Notes: generated by a model from the letters alone, not told the origin. A stretch of DNA of 64,000 nucleotides from Candidatus Methylomirabilia bacterium (GCA_041492755.1 JBGPXN010000001.1:40710-104709), one strand, 5' to 3'. Positions 31,352 to 41,168 are shown, counted from the stretch's first letter. Translations and numbers: made by a program.

Positions 31352-32545
31352 TCAGAAATGTGGCTGGAACACCTGCCAGGGCATGACCTCCGAATAGGAA
31401 TTGTTCGACGCCTTCTCGGCTTTGAGCAAACGGACGGCGTTGAGCCCGTGCCGGCGATTGGGACCGAACGTGACCGGCGCGGTGAGACCCATGGTGTCGA
31501 AGTTCTTGATCGACTCCATCGCCTCCACGTAGCTCTCCCGGGTGAGATTGCGCCCGGCCTTCTTGAGCCCCTCGAGCGCGAGGATGATGGCGCTGCCGCC
31601 GGCCAGCGCGGTGTTCTCCTTGCCGGCGAGCTTGGGCTCGTGCTTGACCAGGATGTCGGCGATCGCCTTGCCCGGCGGATCGTTGTAGGTGGCGCCGAGA
31701 CCGGCGAAGTAGGCGCCCTCCCAGAGCTCGCCGAGCAGCCGATACATGATCGCGTAGTCGCCGAGCGGGAAGGACGCGACGATCCTCGGACGGTACCCCA
31801 CCTTGGCCATCTCCTTGATGACGTTGGCGCCGTGGGTGATCGTCGAGTAGAAGATGACGGTGTCGGCGCCGGAGTCCTTGAGCTTCAGCGCGTGCGTGCC
31901 CATCTCGCGATCGGCCAGCTCGTAGGATACGGTGGTACCGAGGACGGCCTTGCCGCCCAGGCCCTTGAGGCCGCGGTTGATGCCCTCGAGCCCACCCTTG
32001 CCGTACTCGTCGTTCTGATAGAAGACCGCCACCTTCCTGGTGTTGAGGTTGCCGACCGAATAGGTCAGCAGGAACTCGCCCTCGTCCACGTAGTCGGGAT
32101 AGTTCACGAAGACGTAGCGGAGCTTCTCGCGGGGCTGCTTGGCCCAGATGGCGGGGTTGCCGTAGGGGTTGATGGTCGGGATCTTGTACTCGGCCACGTC
32201 GTCCTTGGCCGCCTGCAACACCGCGGAGCCGAGCAGCCCCACGCTCATGAAGACGGAGTCCTTCATCTCCTTGAGGTTGGCCACCGCGCGGCCCGGATTG
32301 TAGCCGTCGTCCTTGAGGACGACCTTGAGCTTGCGGCCGTTGATCCCGCCCTGCTCGTTCACGGAGCGGGTCCACGCCTCCATGGCGACCGCCGTGTTGC
32401 CCCAGGCCGCGGCCGGGCCCGACAGCGGTGTGGTCAGGCCGATCACGACCTCGGTGTCCGTCACCCCGGGCACCTTCTGGGCAAAGGCCGCCGGCGCCGC
32501 CAGCAGCACGAACGCCAGCACGAGCGCAGCTGTTCGAAGAGTCAT
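31352..32545 (-). CDS. ABC transporter substrate-binding protein (LivK-type fold)
   Basis: Signal peptide, PGVTDTEVVIG, PLSGPAAAWG, GGINGRKL, DDGYNP; GGAGG RBS. Confidence 0.92.
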   Translation of the reverse strand: MTLRTAALVLAFVLLAAPAAFAQKVPGVTDTEVVIGLTTPLSGPAAAWGNTAVAMEAWTRSVNEQGGINGRKLKVVLKDDGYNPGRAVANLKEMKDSVFMSVGLLGSAVLQAAKDDVAEYKIPTINPYGNPAIWAKQPREKLRYVFVNYPDYVDEGEFLLTYSVGNLNTRKVAVFYQNDEYGKGGLEGINRGLKGLGGKAVLGTTVSYELADREMGTHALKLKDSGADTVIFYSTITHGANVIKEMAKVGYRPRIVASFPLGDYAIMYRLLGELWEGAYFAGLGATYNDPPGKAIADILVKHEPKLAGKENTALAGGSAIILALEGLKKAGRNLTRESYVEAMESIKNFDTMGLTAPVTFGPNRRHGLNAVRLLKAEKASNNSYSEVMPWQVFQPHF

Positions 32546-32576
32546 GGGGAACACCTCCAGGACGAAGTGGGCGAAA

Positions 32577-33785
32577 TTATACCGCGTCGTCCCCGGCGGC
32601 AGGGCGTTCCGGAGACGGGCGCGAGCGGCGGCGGAGCAACGCCGCCGGCACCACGGTCGTCTCGCCGAAGCGCTGCGCGAGGGCATCGACGGCACGGGCG
32701 AGGCGCTCGCGGCGCAGGACGGAGGGATCGAGCAGCGGCAACTGCCCGCTGGCCTCCTCCTGAAGCCGTGACACGGACACCCCGATGAGGCGGATGGGCT
32801 GATCCAGCCGCTCACGGGCGAGGAGGCCTGCGGCGCGGCGGAACACCTCCAGGCCGTCCTGAGTCGGATCGCCGCTGTGCGCCCGGGTGATCGTGGTGAA
32901 GTCGGCGAAGCGGAGCTTGAGCGTCACCCGCCCACCCGCCAGCCGCTGCGCTCGCAGCTGCCGCCCGACGCGCTCGGCGTGTTCGCGCAGCACACGATGC
33001 AGGCGCTCGAGGTCTCGCGTGTCCGTCCCGAACGTCGTCTCGGCGCCGATCGACTTGGGCGCGGACACGGGATCCACGGAACGATCGTCGCGGCCGAAGG
33101 CGAGGTCGTGCAGATCGGCGCCGTGCTCGCCGAAACGTTGCACGAGCGAGGCTCGCGGAATCCGCTGGAGCTGGCCGATGGTGGCCACGCCGAGCGTGGC
33201 CAGCGCGTCGGCCATCACCCGGCCCACGCCCCACAGACGCTCCACCGGCAACGGGGCCAGGAACGCGGCCTCCGTGCCGGGCGGCACCACGACGAGGCCG
33301 TCCGGCTTGCGCAGGTCCGAGGCGACTTTCGCCACGAACTTGTTCGCGGCAAGGCCGGCCGACGCCGTCAGCCCCGTCTCGTCACGAATGCGGGTCTTGA
33401 CCCGCGCCACCGCGCGCGGGGGATCGCCGAAGAGCGGCTCGGTGCCGGTAAGATCGAGGAAGGCTTCGTCCACCGACACCGGTTCGACGAGGGGCGAGAA
33501 GTCGGCGAGGATCGCCATCACCTGATGCGACGCCTGCTGGTACCTGTCCATGTCGACGGGCAGGAAGATCGCGTGCGGACAGAGTCGCGCCGCCTTGCCG
33601 ATCGGCATCGCCGACCGCACGCCATACCGCCGCGCCTCGTACGAGGCGGCCGACACGACCCCACGCCCGCGCGGATTGGCGCCAACGATCACCGGATACC
33701 CCCGCAGCTCCGGCCGATCACGCTGCTCGACGGACGCATAAAACGCATCCATGTCCACATGCGCGATCGCCCGCGGCCCCGACAT
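32577..33785 (-). CDS. dinB: DNA polymerase IV
   Basis: HVDMDAFYASVEQ, SYEARRYGVRSAMP, SVDEAFLD, AKVASDLRKPDG, LWGVG. Confidence 0.95.
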   Translation of the reverse strand: MSGPRAIAHVDMDAFYASVEQRDRPELRGYPVIVGANPRGRGVVSAASYEARRYGVRSAMPIGKAARLCPHAIFLPVDMDRYQQASHQVMAILADFSPLVEPVSVDEAFLDLTGTEPLFGDPPRAVARVKTRIRDETGLTASAGLAANKFVAKVASDLRKPDGLVVVPPGTEAAFLAPLPVERLWGVGRVMADALATLGVATIGQLQRIPRASLVQRFGEHGADLHDLAFGRDDRSVDPVSAPKSIGAETTFGTDTRDLERLHRVLREHAERVGRQLRAQRLAGGRVTLKLRFADFTTITRAHSGDPTQDGLEVFRRAAGLLARERLDQPIRLIGVSVSRLQEEASGQLPLLDPSVLRRERLARAVDALAQRFGETTVVPAALLRRRSRPSPERPAAGDDAV

Positions 33786-33811
33786 GTGAGCTTAGGCCGG
33801 GCCTGGACTGT

Positions 33812-33990
33812 CGACGAGCGACGAGCGGGAGCCGGGCGGGTGGCGCAGGGTAGACTCCCGCAGGGACGGCGGAGTGGGACCCCCGAAGCCTCTCCGCCGC
33901 TCGCAGGGCGGCGGTTTGAGGCGAGTGGGTGACGGAGCCGGCCCTGCGGGAGTCTGCCCTGCGACAGCACCCGCCCCCCTCGCGCTCATG
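33812..33990. repeat. Long fold-back (inverted repeat) intergenic element
   Basis: 33844-33865 cgcagggtagactcccgcaggg pairs with 33942-33963 (one G-U); outer gggcgggtg/cacccgccc; inner ggcggag/ctccgcc. Confidence 0.7.
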
Positions 33991-34009
33991 ACGTCACGGA
34001 CAATCCGGG

Positions 34010-34588
34010 CTACGCGGTCGAGAGTCCGATGTCGGGAGCGACAGAAGAGAGCGCGGCGACTACGAACGTGATGTGCTGGTCGAGGTCGACGCCGAGCTCG
34101 GAAGCGCCGCGATAGACGTCGTCGCGATTGACGGTCCGGGCGAACGCCCGGTCCTTGAGCTTCTTGCGGACGGACGCCGGCTCGAGCCCGGTGATGACCC
34201 GTCCCGGGCGGACGAGCGCGCAGGCGTGGACGAAGCCGGTGAGCTCGTCACAGGCGTAGAGCGCGCGGTCGAGCAGGCTCACGCGCGGCATGCCGGAGTA
34301 GTCGGCGTGGGCCAGGATCGCGTAAATGACGTCGGCGGGCACGCCGCGGCCGGCCAGGATCTCGGCGCCCTTCAGGGGATGGTGCGGCGCGCGCGGGTGC
34401 ATCTCGTAGTCGAAGTCGTGGAGCATGCCGGCGACGCCCCACCGCTCGGGGTCCTCGCCGTACTGCCGTGCGTAGGCGCGCATGGAGGCCTCGACCGCGC
34501 GCGCGTGCTTGCGGAGGCCGTCACCCTTGGTGAACTCGGTCAGGATCGCCCATGCATGGTCGCGGTCGACCATGGCGACCGTCGCCAC
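34010..34588 (-). CDS. HD-domain metal-dependent phosphohydrolase
   Basis: LRKHARAVEASM, GMLHDFDYE, LYACDELTGF, KKLKDRAFARTVNR. Confidence 0.9.
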   Translation of the reverse strand: MATVAMVDRDHAWAILTEFTKGDGLRKHARAVEASMRAYARQYGEDPERWGVAGMLHDFDYEMHPRAPHHPLKGAEILAGRGVPADVIYAILAHADYSGMPRVSLLDRALYACDELTGFVHACALVRPGRVITGLEPASVRKKLKDRAFARTVNRDDVYRGASELGVDLDQHITFVVAALSSVAPDIGLSTA

Positions 34589-34589
34589 C

Positions 34590-34769
34590 TCAGGCGCGCC
34601 GAGTCTCCCGCTGGCGCCATTTGTCGATGGACTTCTTGGAGAAGACCCAGTGGCCGTTGAGCTCGAGGCAGGGGATGCGCCGTTCGGCCGCCATCACGCT
34701 CAGCGCGCGCTCGTCCATGGCCAGGTATACCGACGCTTCCTTCACGCTCATCACGTCCTTCGGGTTCAC
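34590..34769 (-). CDS. Small excisionase-like helix-turn-helix (HTH_17-type) protein, 59 aa
   Basis: Below ORF-track cutoff; [62 protein letters not shown] start overlaps cysE stop, AGGAGG upstream. Confidence 0.8.
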   Translation of the reverse strand: MNPKDVMSVKEASVYLAMDERALSVMAAERRIPCLELNGHWVFSKKSIDKWRQRETRRA

Positions 34770-35443
34770 TCGGTGTCCTCCTTGACCTGGTCTCGATCCA
34801 CCACCTTGCGGAGCGCCTGCACCTCCGCTTCCAGCGACTGCAGCCGGTCCACCAGTTGCTCGAGGGCGCGGCTCACCGGGTCGGGCAAGTCGGTCATGTT
34901 CAGGTCGATGCCGCCCGTCACCCGCTGGCCGTCGCGGTATGTTACCCGCCCCGGCACACCGACGACAACAGAGTTGGGGGGCACGTCGCGCACGACGACC
35001 GAGCCGGCGCCGATGCGGCTGCCGTCACCGATGGTGAGGGCGCCGATGACCTTGGCGCCCGCGCCGACGACCACGTTGTCTCCGAGGGTGGGGTGGCGCT
35101 TCTCCCGCTTGAGGCTCGTGCCTCCGAGCGTCACGCCCTGGAGCAGCGTCACGTTGTCGCCGACCTCGGCCGTCTCTCCGATCACCACGCCCATGCCGTG
35201 GTCGATGAACAGCCCGCGCCCGAGGCGCGCGGCCGGGTGGATCTCGATGCCAGTCGCGAAGCGCGAGACGTGGGACAGGAACCGGGCGAGGGTGGTCCAG
35301 CCGGCGTGCCAGCAGCGATGCGCGAGGCGGTGGAGCGCAAGGGCGTGCACGCCCGGATAGCAGCAGAGGACTTCGAACCGCGAGCGCGCGGCCGGGTCGC
35401 GCTCGAGGACGGTCTGGATGTCGGCACGGAGGGCGTCAAACAC
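34766..35443 (-). CDS. cysE: Serine O-acetyltransferase
   Basis: [44 protein letters not shown]. Confidence 0.96.
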   Translation of the reverse strand: MFDALRADIQTVLERDPAARSRFEVLCCYPGVHALALHRLAHRCWHAGWTTLARFLSHVSRFATGIEIHPAARLGRGLFIDHGMGVVIGETAEVGDNVTLLQGVTLGGTSLKREKRHPTLGDNVVVGAGAKVIGALTIGDGSRIGAGSVVVRDVPPNSVVVGVPGRVTYRDGQRVTGGIDLNMTDLPDPVSRALEQLVDRLQSLEAEVQALRKVVDRDQVKEDTE

Positions 35444-35816
35444 CGGGCGTTCTCCGGCGCAGACAATCGAGCGCCGCCGCCCGCACGGCGCCCGCCGCCA
35501 CCTCTGCGGCGTGCTTGCGGTCCTCGGGCAGCCCCCCGAGCGCCTGCTCGATCGTTTCCGCTTTCACCTCGACCAGCTCCTCGACCGTCCGGCCCTGGAG
35601 CAGCTCGCTCGCGACGCTGGCGGCGGCAATGGTGGGCCCGCAGCCGTACGTCTGGAACCGGATCTCGGCCACGCGACCGTCGCGCACCCGCAGGAAGAAG
35701 CGGGCAAGATCGCCGCAACCGTCGAACTGGTCCTCCCCGATGCCATCGGCATCGCGCAGCAGCCCGGCGTTGCGGGGATGGAGGAAGTGGTCCACCAGCG
35801 TCGGGCTGTATCTCAC
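35436..35816 (-). CDS. IscU/NifU-N-like protein lacking the third Cys
   Basis: [21 protein letters not shown] present; LPEDRKHAA replaces LPPVKIHC. Confidence 0.85.
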   Translation of the reverse strand: MRYSPTLVDHFLHPRNAGLLRDADGIGEDQFDGCGDLARFFLRVRDGRVAEIRFQTYGCGPTIAAASVASELLQGRTVEELVEVKAETIEQALGGLPEDRKHAAEVAAGAVRAAALDCLRRRTPGV

Positions 35817-35840
35817 GCCGCCTCGCTCACGCGCGGCGCC

Positions 35841-36998
35841 TCAGGCGGTGGCCACCGGCACGAGCTGGCGCAGCTTCCGCACGATCGGTTCCACGCATTC
35901 CACGACGTAGTCGATGTCCTCGGCGGTGGTGGAGCGCCCGAGCGAGAATCGCACGGCGCCCATCGCCCACTCGACCGGCACGCCCATCGCCACCAGCACG
36001 TACGACGGCTCGACGCTCCCCGCCGTGCAGGCCGAGCCGGCGGACACGGCGACGCCCTTTAGATCCAGTCCGAGCACGATGGATTCCGACTCGACCCCGC
36101 GGAAGACGAGGTTGGCCGTGCCGGGCAGACGCTGGATTGGATGCCCGCTGAGGCGGACCTCCGGAACCCGGGCCCGGATCCCTTCCCACAACCGGTCGCG
36201 CAGCGCGCTCACCCGGGTGGCTTCTTCCGCCATGTCGCAACCGCGGATCTCCACGGCCCTGCCGAAGCCGACGATGCCCGCCACGTTTTCGGTGCCGGCA
36301 CGGCGGCGACGCTCGTGCTCGCCGCCGTGCTGGATGGCCGCCATGCGGGTGCCCTTGCGGATGTAGAGGCCGGCCACGCCCTTGGGCCCGTAGACCTTGT
36401 GCGCGGAGAACGAGAGCGCATCGACGCCGAGATCGTCGACGTCGATCGGCACCTTGCCGAACGTCTGCACGGCATCGACGTGGAACGGCACGCCGCGCGC
36501 GCGGGCGAGCGCGCCGACCGCCTTCACGGGCTGGATCGTCCCCACCTCGCTGTTCGCGTGCATGATGCTGATCGCGATCGTGTCGGGGCGCAGCGCCCGC
36601 TCGACGTCGGCCGCATCGACCATGCCGGACTCGTCCACGGGCAGATAGGTCACGTCGAAGCCCTGCGCTTCGAGGGCCTGACACGTACGCAGGACCGCGT
36701 GATGCTCCACGCGCGAGGTGATCAGGTGACCGCGGCCGCGCGCCACCGCCAGTCCCTTGACCGCGAAGTTGTCGGATTCGGTGCCGCCCGAGGTGAAGAC
36801 GATCTCGTCGGGCTTGACGCGTAGGAAGCGCGCGATGCGCTCGCGCGCGGTGTCCACGCCCTCGCGGGCGGCGCGGCCGAAGCCGTGAACGCTGGAGGGG
36901 TTGCCGAAAACGTCCGAGAAATACGGCAGCATCTCGGCCACGACGTCCGGGTGCACCGGGGTCGAGGCGTTGTGATCGAGGTACACACGCTGGCTCAT
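35841..36998 (-). CDS. Cysteine desulfurase (group I, NifS/IscS-like), catalytic residues intact
   Basis: YLDHNASTP, VEHHAV, HVDAVQ, SAHKVYGPKG, RAGTEN, SAGSACT. Confidence 0.94.
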   Translation of the reverse strand: MSQRVYLDHNASTPVHPDVVAEMLPYFSDVFGNPSSVHGFGRAAREGVDTARERIARFLRVKPDEIVFTSGGTESDNFAVKGLAVARGRGHLITSRVEHHAVLRTCQALEAQGFDVTYLPVDESGMVDAADVERALRPDTIAISIMHANSEVGTIQPVKAVGALARARGVPFHVDAVQTFGKVPIDVDDLGVDALSFSAHKVYGPKGVAGLYIRKGTRMAAIQHGGEHERRRRAGTENVAGIVGFGRAVEIRGCDMAEEATRVSALRDRLWEGIRARVPEVRLSGHPIQRLPGTANLVFRGVESESIVLGLDLKGVAVSAGSACTAGSVEPSYVLVAMGVPVEWAMGAVRFSLGRSTTAEDIDYVVECVEPIVRKLRQLVPVATA

Positions 36999-37039
36999 TT
37001 CTTGCCGTCTCCTTCCGCCGATGCTAGGCTCGGCTCGCG

Positions 37040-37366
37040 ATGAGCCTCTCCCGGAAAAAACTCGGCGTCCTTCTGTCCACCGGGCCGGAGCGGGCGGACA
37101 ACGTCGCCACCACCGTCGGCCTCGGCGCCGCCACGCTCGACGCGGGCGCTGACCTCTACCTCTATCTCATCGACGACGGCGTACGCGCCCTCGCCGATCC
37201 CCGCCTGCGCGCGCTGTCCGCGCGCGGGGCCAAGCTGTTCGTGTGCGCGTACGGATGTCAGAAGCGGCGCATCCCGCTCGAGGACGCCGCCGACGTCACC
37301 TACTGCGGCCTCGTGGTGCTGACCGACCTCATCAACGCCACCGATCGCTTCATCGCCCTGAATTAA
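37040..37366 (+). CDS. DsrE/TusD-like sulfur relay protein
   Basis: YLYLIDDGV, LFVCAYGCQKR, LTDLINATDRFIAL. Confidence 0.82.
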   Translation: MSLSRKKLGVLLSTGPERADNVATTVGLGAATLDAGADLYLYLIDDGVRALADPRLRALSARGAKLFVCAYGCQKRRIPLEDAADVTYCGLVVLTDLINATDRFIALN

Positions 37367-37370
37367 GGAC

Positions 37371-37525
37371 ATGGGGGACCCCGAGATGGCCCCCCATACT
37401 CCCCCTCCGCTCGGAGGCGTCCCGGGGAAGCCGTGGCGCTCGACCGATGTCATCAGGGGCCCCGACATGGCCCCCGATTCCCCCAACGCTCGGAGCGCCC
37501 CGGCGAAGCCGTGGCGCTCCTCGAA
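37371..37525. repeat. REP-like repeat, copy 4 (two units, opposite orientation)
   Basis: tgggggaccccgagatggcccccca...ggggccccgacatggccccc...ctcggagcgccccggcgaagccgtggcgctcctcga. Confidence 0.85.
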
Positions 37526-37544
37526 TGCCGTCTGAGGTCCTGCC

Positions 37545-37898
37545 GTGCCCGAGTCGCCCGTCGTCGTCGTGATTGGCTGCGATCCGCGCGACAGCCACCG
37601 CGCCAACGAAGCCATGCGCATCGGGCTCGGGATCGTGGCCGGCGAGAACGAGGTCGTGTACGTGCTGCAGGGCGCGGCCACCCACCTGCTCGATGCCGAC
37701 ACCGACGACCTCGTGGACGGCGACGACATCGCGAAGTTCCGGGCTAACCTGCGCGATCTCGGCATCCCGTTCCACGTCGAGGACGCGGCCGTGCCCGACG
37801 ATCCGGACTGGAACGCCGACGGCCACCCGGTCATCCGGGTGAGCCGCGAGCGCGCCGCCGAGCTCGTGGCCAGCGCGCGCCGAGTGCTGGTTTTCTGA
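37545..37898 (+). CDS. DsrF/TusC-like protein
   Basis: DPRDSHRANEAMRIGLGIVAG, PFHVE, AELVASARRVLVF; position after DsrE-like gene. Confidence 0.7.
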   Translation: MPESPVVVVIGCDPRDSHRANEAMRIGLGIVAGENEVVYVLQGAATHLLDADTDDLVDGDDIAKFRANLRDLGIPFHVEDAAVPDDPDWNADGHPVIRVSRERAAELVASARRVLVF

Positions 37899-38125
37899 TG
37901 GCGAGCGCGCTCCACTTGCTCAAGGGCGCGGCCGGCGCCGAGCTCGCGGTCACCGTCATCGCGCGACAGGTAGCGGCCGGCGATCGCGTCACCGTCGCGC
38001 TGCTGGAGGGCGCCCAGCGTCCCGAGCTGCCCGCGGGCGTCGCGGTCCACCGCGTGCCCGAGGATCTGGCATATCCACGGCTGCTGGAGCTGATCTTCGC
38101 GAGCGACCACGTCGTGACCTGGTAG
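37898..38125 (+). CDS. DsrH/TusB-like small protein
   Basis: LHLLK...VALLEGA...LAYPRLLELIFASDHVVTW; coupled to the DsrF-like stop. Confidence 0.7.
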   Translation: MASALHLLKGAAGAELAVTVIARQVAAGDRVTVALLEGAQRPELPAGVAVHRVPEDLAYPRLLELIFASDHVVTW

Positions 38126-38148
38126 CCGACCTGGGAGTGTCGCCCGCG

Positions 38149-38349
38149 TCACCGGTTCCGGTACTCGTCCAGCCACGCCATCTGGATCGCCTCCAGCAGC
38201 TTCTCGTTGGAGACCTTCGGATCGTCCTTGAACTCCGGCAGCTCGGTGACGAACCGATGGAGGTCGGTGAAGCGCACGGTCAGCGGATCGGTGTCGGGAT
38301 GGCGCTCGGAGAGCGCGATGCCGATATCCTCCGCGTCGCGCCACGTCAT
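38149..38349 (-). CDS. iscX: Fe-S cluster assembly protein IscX
   Basis: MTWRDAEDIGIALSERHPDTDPLTVRFTDLHRFV...SNEKLLEAIQMAWLDE. Confidence 0.95.
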   Translation of the reverse strand: MTWRDAEDIGIALSERHPDTDPLTVRFTDLHRFVTELPEFKDDPKVSNEKLLEAIQMAWLDEYRNR

Positions 38350-38675
38350 CACCTGGGAATCTCGACGACCACGTCGCCCCGGACCACGGCCTGGCAACCG
38401 AGGCGCGAGTGGATGGTGAGCCCTTCGGCCATGTCCAGCCGATCCTCCTCGTCGGGCTGCATCTCGGACAGGTTCTCCTCCCCCTCGCGCACCACCACGT
38501 GACACGTCGTGCAGGCGCAGGAGCCACCGCAGTTGTGCTCGAGGTGGATGTCGTTGGCGAGCGCGATGTCGAGCAGCGAGCCCGGCTGTCCGTGGTCGGC
38601 CAGCGGGTACTTCGAGTCGTCGACTTCCACCGTCTTGTTCAGCGGCAGGAACGTCACCTTGTGGACTGCCATCAT
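38349..38675 (-). CDS. fdx: ISC-type [2Fe-2S] ferredoxin
   Basis: LEHNCGGSCACTTCHV...SRLGCQ. Confidence 0.95.
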   Translation of the reverse strand: MMAVHKVTFLPLNKTVEVDDSKYPLADHGQPGSLLDIALANDIHLEHNCGGSCACTTCHVVVREGEENLSEMQPDEEDRLDMAEGLTIHSRLGCQAVVRGDVVVEIPR

Positions 38676-40525
38676 CCTGACTCCATGATCTCGTCCGCAC
38701 GCTTGCTGGCGAGCGCGCCGCGCAGGGCGGCGTCCATCATCCGTTCGGCCAGCGGCTCGGTCGCGCGGTTCAATTCCGTCGTCCGGTCCCGAATGGCGTC
38801 CCGGTCGGTGCCCGCGCGCGCGGCCGTCAGCGCGGCCGCCGCGGCTTCCACGCGGGCCCGCTCCTTCGGGCTCACCAGATCACCGGCCTGACGCAGGGCC
38901 CGGCCGACGTGGGTGAGCACGGTCTCGGCCTCGTTGCGCACCTCGATGAGCATCCGGGCTTCGACGTCGGCCTCCGCGTACTGGAACGACTCCTCCACCA
39001 TCCGCTCCACGTCGCCTTCGCTGAGGCCATAGGTCGGCTTCACCTCGATGGAGGCGGCCTTACCCGTCCGCAGCTCCTTGGCGTGGACCTGCAGGATGCC
39101 GTTGGCGTCGATCAGGAACGTCACCTCGATCTTCGGCATGCCGGCCGGCATCGGATCGATCCCGCGCAGCTCGAAGCGGGCCAGCGAGCGGTTGTCCTTG
39201 GCCAGCTCGCGCTCGCCCTGCAGCACGTGCATGTCGACCACCGTCTGCCCGTCCACCGACGTCGTGAACATCTCGCGGGCGCTGGTTGGGATCGTGGTGT
39301 TGCGCGGGATCAGCACGCTGACGATGCCCCCGAGCGTCTCGATTCCGAGCGAGAGCGGTGTCACGTCGAGCAGGAGCATGTCGGTGATGCCGCCGGCCAG
39401 GATCTGGGCCTGCACGGCCGCCCCCAGGGCAACGACCTCGTCGGGATTGAGCTGGCTGTGCGGCGTCTTGCCGAAGAGCTCTTCCACCCGACGGCGGACG
39501 AGCGGCACCCGTGTGGAGCCGCCCACCAGCACGACCTCGTCGATCTGGGCGGTGACGAGCCCGGCGTCGGCGAGCGCCATGCGGCAGGGGCCGAGCGTCT
39601 TCCGCACCAGCGACTCCAGGAGACGCTCGAGATCGGCCCGCGTGATCTCCCGCACGTACGTGAAGTCCTCGAACGGAATCGTGAGGGTCGTGCGCGACTC
39701 GGCGCTCAGGCGGATCTTCGCCGCTTCGGCGGCCAGACGAAGCTCCTGGATGGCTTCGCTGTCGCGCGCGAGGTCCACCGGGCGGCAGGCCAACTCGGCA
39801 TGGTGGCGGGCCTGGATGTCTTCCAACAACCAGAGCGCGATGACGCGGTCGAAGTCGTCGCCGCCGAGGTGGGTATCACCGTTGGTGGCGAGCACTTCGA
39901 AAATCCCGTCCTTGATCCGGAGGATCGAGATGTCGAACGTCCCGCCCCCCAGATCGTAGACGGCCACGAGCCCTTCCTGGCGCCGGTGCAGGCCGTAGGC
40001 AAGTGACGCCGCGGTCGGCTCGTTCACGATCCGGACGACGTCGAGCCCCGCGATGCGGCCGGCATCGCGCGTGGCCTGGCGCTGGCTATCGTTGAAGTAG
40101 GCCGGCACCGTGACGACGGCCTGCTCCACCGGTTCGCCGAAGTGCGCCTCGGCCCGCTCCTTGAGCGCGCGGAGCACGATCGCCGACACTTCGGGCGGCG
40201 TGACCTGCCGGTCCCCGACGTCGATCCGCACCGTGCCCTCGGCCGGAGCCACCGTGAAGGGCAAATACCGCAGCTCGTCCTTGACGTCCTCGTAGCCACG
40301 TCCCATCAGGCGCTTGACCGAATAGACCGTCGCGCGCGGGCGGCGCACAAGCTGGCGCCGCGCCGCCTCGCCAACCAGGACGCCGTCCGGGGTGAAGGCG
40401 ACCACGGACGGGAGCAGCACACGGCCGTCGGCGCCAGCGATGACGCGGGCCAGGCCGGTCGCTTGATCGAAGTAGGCGACCAGGCTGTTGGTCGTACCGA
40501 GGTCAATGCCGATGATGCGTGCCAT
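38672..40525 (-). CDS. hscA: Fe-S assembly chaperone HscA (Hsp70)
   Basis: [40 protein letters not shown]; isc context. Confidence 0.92.
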   Translation of the reverse strand: MARIIGIDLGTTNSLVAYFDQATGLARVIAGADGRVLLPSVVAFTPDGVLVGEAARRQLVRRPRATVYSVKRLMGRGYEDVKDELRYLPFTVAPAEGTVRIDVGDRQVTPPEVSAIVLRALKERAEAHFGEPVEQAVVTVPAYFNDSQRQATRDAGRIAGLDVVRIVNEPTAASLAYGLHRRQEGLVAVYDLGGGTFDISILRIKDGIFEVLATNGDTHLGGDDFDRVIALWLLEDIQARHHAELACRPVDLARDSEAIQELRLAAEAAKIRLSAESRTTLTIPFEDFTYVREITRADLERLLESLVRKTLGPCRMALADAGLVTAQIDEVVLVGGSTRVPLVRRRVEELFGKTPHSQLNPDEVVALGAAVQAQILAGGITDMLLLDVTPLSLGIETLGGIVSVLIPRNTTIPTSAREMFTTSVDGQTVVDMHVLQGERELAKDNRSLARFELRGIDPMPAGMPKIEVTFLIDANGILQVHAKELRTGKAASIEVKPTYGLSEGDVERMVEESFQYAEADVEARMLIEVRNEAETVLTHVGRALRQAGDLVSPKERARVEAAAAALTAARAGTDRDAIRDRTTELNRATEPLAERMMDAALRGALASKRADEIMESG

Positions 40526-41096
40526 GTCCGATCGTGTCCGCATCACCGAGTGCCTCCGTGAGGTCCTCGATGACGGTTCGCAGATAGGCCCGCATGGCCA
40601 GCCCGCGCTTCAGCGCGCCCAGGACATCCGCGCGATCGGCAGGCGGCGCCGCGTCCCACGCCTCGCTCAGCGGTCCGGCCAGGCGCCGCTCTTCCTGCCG
40701 AAAGCGATCGAGCAGGCGCTCGCGCTGGCCGGCGAGGTCGGCGCGCGCGCCGTCGTCGAGGCCACCCGCCTTGGCGTCCGCGAGCGCTTCCTGGATCTCG
40801 AACATCTCGGCCAGCAGCTCGGGCGGCGCGGGCGGACGCGCAGCCGCGCCCTCGCGGGTCTCGCGTCCCTCTTCGAGACGGACGAGGTAGTCGGCGCGCG
40901 CGACGGGATCACGCAGCGTCCGGTAGGCGGCGTTCAGCCGGGCGGACGCCTCCAGCGCCTCGGCCTGCGCGTCCACCGACGCGCCGTGATGGAAGTCCGG
41001 GTGGTGCCGGCGCGACCGCTCGTAGAACTGTCCCCGCAGCGCCTCGGTATCGATCCGCAGGTGCCGTGGCAGCCCGAACACTTCGAAATGATCCAT
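40503..41096 (-). CDS. hscB: Co-chaperone HscB
   Basis: DHFEVFGL, HPD J-domain motif, LNAAYRTLRDPVARADYL. Confidence 0.93.
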   Translation of the reverse strand: MDHFEVFGLPRHLRIDTEALRGQFYERSRRHHPDFHHGASVDAQAEALEASARLNAAYRTLRDPVARADYLVRLEEGRETREGAAARPPAPPELLAEMFEIQEALADAKAGGLDDGARADLAGQRERLLDRFRQEERRLAGPLSEAWDAAPPADRADVLGALKRGLAMRAYLRTVIEDLTEALGDADTIGHGTHHRH

Positions 41097-41120
41097 GCCT
41101 CTCCTGTTCCCCCAAAATGC

Positions 41121-41146
41121 GAACGGGCCCTCCGTCGGGCCCGTTC
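41121..41146 (-). terminator. Intra-operon hairpin between iscA and hscB
   Basis: gaacgggccc-tccgtc-gggcccgttc 10-bp stem, followed on minus strand by GCATTTT. Confidence 0.5.
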
Positions 41147-41168
41147 TCGCTCGCGCGCTGGAACCCGG

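Noticed and set aside
34590..34769. Excisionase as evidence for a prophage or integrative element
   Set aside because: No integrase, att site, tRNA or phage genes nearby; the gene is embedded in a housekeeping operon.
37040..38125. Evidence for dissimilatory sulfur oxidation
   Set aside because: DsrEFH-like genes alone are insufficient; no dsrAB, dsrC or sox genes are in the window.
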